Below are positions 51,151-52,938 of a stretch of 52,938 bases of DNA, piece by piece. Made by a program: the position numbers and the translations under genes. The notes below the pieces were generated by a model that did not search any database, was not told the DNA's origin, and saw only the letters and a program-made list of their open reading frames with translations. Within the stretch, counting starts at the first letter, position 1. Each line of letters starts with the position of its first letter. The stretch comes from Chiloscyllium plagiosum (taxonomy: Eukaryota): positions 70,645,741 through 70,698,678 of the forward strand of contig NC_057718.1 in the NCBI RefSeq assembly GCF_004010195.1, written 5' to 3'.

Positions 51151-52071
51151 ATGGCAGTGAAGGCAGTGCAATGTTCCTCTTGCAACATGTTTGAGGTGAG
51201 GGATGCCATGGTTGTCCCTGCTGATTACACTTGCAGGAAGTGCACCCATCTCCAGCTCCTCCAAGACCGTGTTAGGGAACTGGAGCTGGAGTTGGATGAA
51301 CTTAGGATCATTCGGGAGGCAGAGGGGGTCATAGATCGGAGCTTTAGGGAAGTAGTAACTCCAAAGATTGCAGACAGATGGGTGACAGTGAGGGGGACTG
51401 GGAGGAAGCAGCCAGTGCAGGGACCCCCTTCGGCCGTTCCCATCAAGAACAAGTATACCGTTTTGGATACTTGTGGGGGGGACGACTTACCAGGGGTAAG
51501 TAACGGGGCTCAGGCCTCTGGCACGGAGCCTGTCCCCATTGCTCAGAAAGGAAGGGTGGAGAAGAGCAGAGCAATAGTTATTGGGGACGCGATAGTTCGT
51601 GGCACAGATAGGCGGTTCTGTGGGGGCGAGAGAGACTCACGTTTGGTATGTTGCCTCCCAAGTGCAAGGGTACGTGACGTCTCTGATCGTGTTTTCCGGG
51701 TCCTTAAGGGGGAGGGGGAGCAGCCCGAAGTCGTGGTCCACATTGGCACCAACGACATAGGTAGGAGGAGGGCTGAGGATGTTAGACAGGCTTTCAGGGA
51801 GCTAGGTTGGAAGCTCAGAGTTAGAACAAACAGAGTCTCTGGTTTGTTACCCGTGCCACGTGATAGAGAGACGAGGAATAGGGAGAGAGAACAGTTAAAT
51901 GCATGGCTACAGGGATGGTGCAGGAGGGAGCGATTCCGGTATCTGGATAACTGGGGTTCTTTCTGGGGAAGATGGGACCTCTATAAACAGGATGGTTTGC
52001 ACCTGAACCTGAGGGGCACCAGTACCCTTGGTGGGAGGTTTGCTAGTGCTCTTGGGGGGGGTTTAAACTAA
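51151..52071 (+). CDS. CR1 ORF1 protein (zinc finger, coiled coil, SGNH esterase-like domain)
   Basis: 306 aa with CSSC...CRKC, a heptad-like LQDRVRELELELDEL, and SGNH blocks VIGDAIVR, VHIGTNDI and DGLHLN. Confidence 0.9.
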   Translation: MAVKAVQCSSCNMFEVRDAMVVPADYTCRKCTHLQLLQDRVRELELELDELRIIREAEGVIDRSFREVVTPKIADRWVTVRGTGRKQPVQGPPSAVPIKNKYTVLDTCGGDDLPGVSNGAQASGTEPVPIAQKGRVEKSRAIVIGDAIVRGTDRRFCGGERDSRLVCCLPSARVRDVSDRVFRVLKGEGEQPEVVVHIGTNDIGRRRAEDVRQAFRELGWKLRVRTNRVSGLLPVPRDRETRNREREQLNAWLQGWCRRERFRYLDNWGSFWGRWDLYKQDGLHLNLRGTSTLGGRFASALGGGLN

Positions 52072-52938
52072 CTCTGCAGGGGCATGGGAACCCAGACTGT
52101 AGCTTTAGGGTGCAGAACCTGGAGTGTAGGGAGGTTAGGAACATGGCAATAATTTCCAAGGAGGGTGTCTGTAAACAGGAAAGTGGCTTGAAGTGTGTAT
52201 ACTTCAATGCAAGAAGTATACGAAATAAGGCAGGTGAACTTGCAGCGTGGGTTGGTACCTGGGACTTCAATGTTGTGGCTATTACGGAGACATGGGTAGA
52301 ACAGGGACAGGATTGGCTGTTGCAGGTCCCAGGGTTTAAATGTTTTAGTAGGGTCAGAGATGGGGGTAAAAGAGGGGGAGGTGTGGCATTGCTTGTCAAA
52401 GATAATATTACAGTGGTGGAAAGGACGATGGATGAGGACTTGCCATCTGAGGTAGTTTGGGCTGAGGTTAGGAATAGGAAAGGCGAGGTCACCCTGTTAG
52501 GAGTCTTTTACAGGCCTCCAAATAGTCCTAGAATCATTGAAGAAAGGATAGGGAAGGTGATCCAGGAGATGAGTGACAGTAATAGGGTGGTTGTTATGGG
52601 GGACTTTAACTTTCCTGATATTGATGGGGAAAGCTATAGCTCAAGTTCGTTAGATGGGTCAGTGTTTGTTCAATGTGTGCAGGAGAGTTTCCTGACACAA
52701 TATGTAGACAGGCCAACAAGAGGTGAGGCCATACTGGATTTGGTTCTGGGTAACGAACCAGGCCAGGTGTTAGAATTAGAGGTAGGTGAGCAATTTGGGG
52801 ACAGTGACCACAGTTCGGTGACTTTTACTCCAGTGATGGAGAGGGATAAGAGTGCACTACAGGGCAAGAGTTATAGCTGGAGTCAGGGAAATTGTGATGC
52901 GGTGAGGCATGACTTAGGATGCGTGGCTTGGAAAAGTA
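52068..52938 (+). CDS. CR1 ORF2 N-terminus (APE endonuclease), partial; open from 52068, first ATG at 52143
   Basis: Manual translation: LKCVYFNARSIRNK...AITETW...GGGVALLVK...GVFYRPP...MGDFNFPDI...PTRGEAILDLVL...GDSDH, with no stop before the window end. Confidence 0.88.

Larger units (their letters stand above)
50765..52938 (+). mobile_element. Young CR1 (HER1-like) LINE, 5' part: 5'UTR, ORF1 and start of ORF2, continuing beyond the window
   Basis: Uninterrupted ORF1 followed by an open APE endonuclease frame to the window end. It abuts the ORF1 of an older minus-strand CR1. Confidence 0.92.

Overview
This is vertebrate genomic DNA, almost certainly from a shark (HE1-like tRNA SINEs, HER1/CR1 LINEs, SacSINE1-like DeuSINE), with two assembly gaps (29125-29730 and 37998-38856). 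The only host gene I can support is a minus-strand synaptotagmin-like gene (SYTL3-like). Three splice-consistent exons (32423-32601, 19424-19526, 13737-13907) encode its C2A domain. The rest is intronic and dominated by nested retroelements: CR1 LINEs (one with an intact ORF1 and an open ORF2 start), SINEs, Penelope-like elements, probable solo LTRs, a Rex1/Babar tail and a Tigger fragment. Four signals stand out. (1) An in-phase U_UUA_AAC slippery heptamer sits at the CR1 ORF1 stop, with coding-type conservation of the -1 frame and no conserved AUG, suggesting programmed -1 frameshifting. (2) Several families of short TSD-flanked Penelope-derived hairpin elements are built around minimal hammerhead-ribozyme cores. 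(3) A composite insertion has inverted ribozyme-bearing Penelope ends enclosing a 52-bp SINE-derived tandem array. (4) A locally templated 51-bp insertion sits at a LINE 5' junction. Repeat boundaries were read by eye and are approximate unless a TSD is given.
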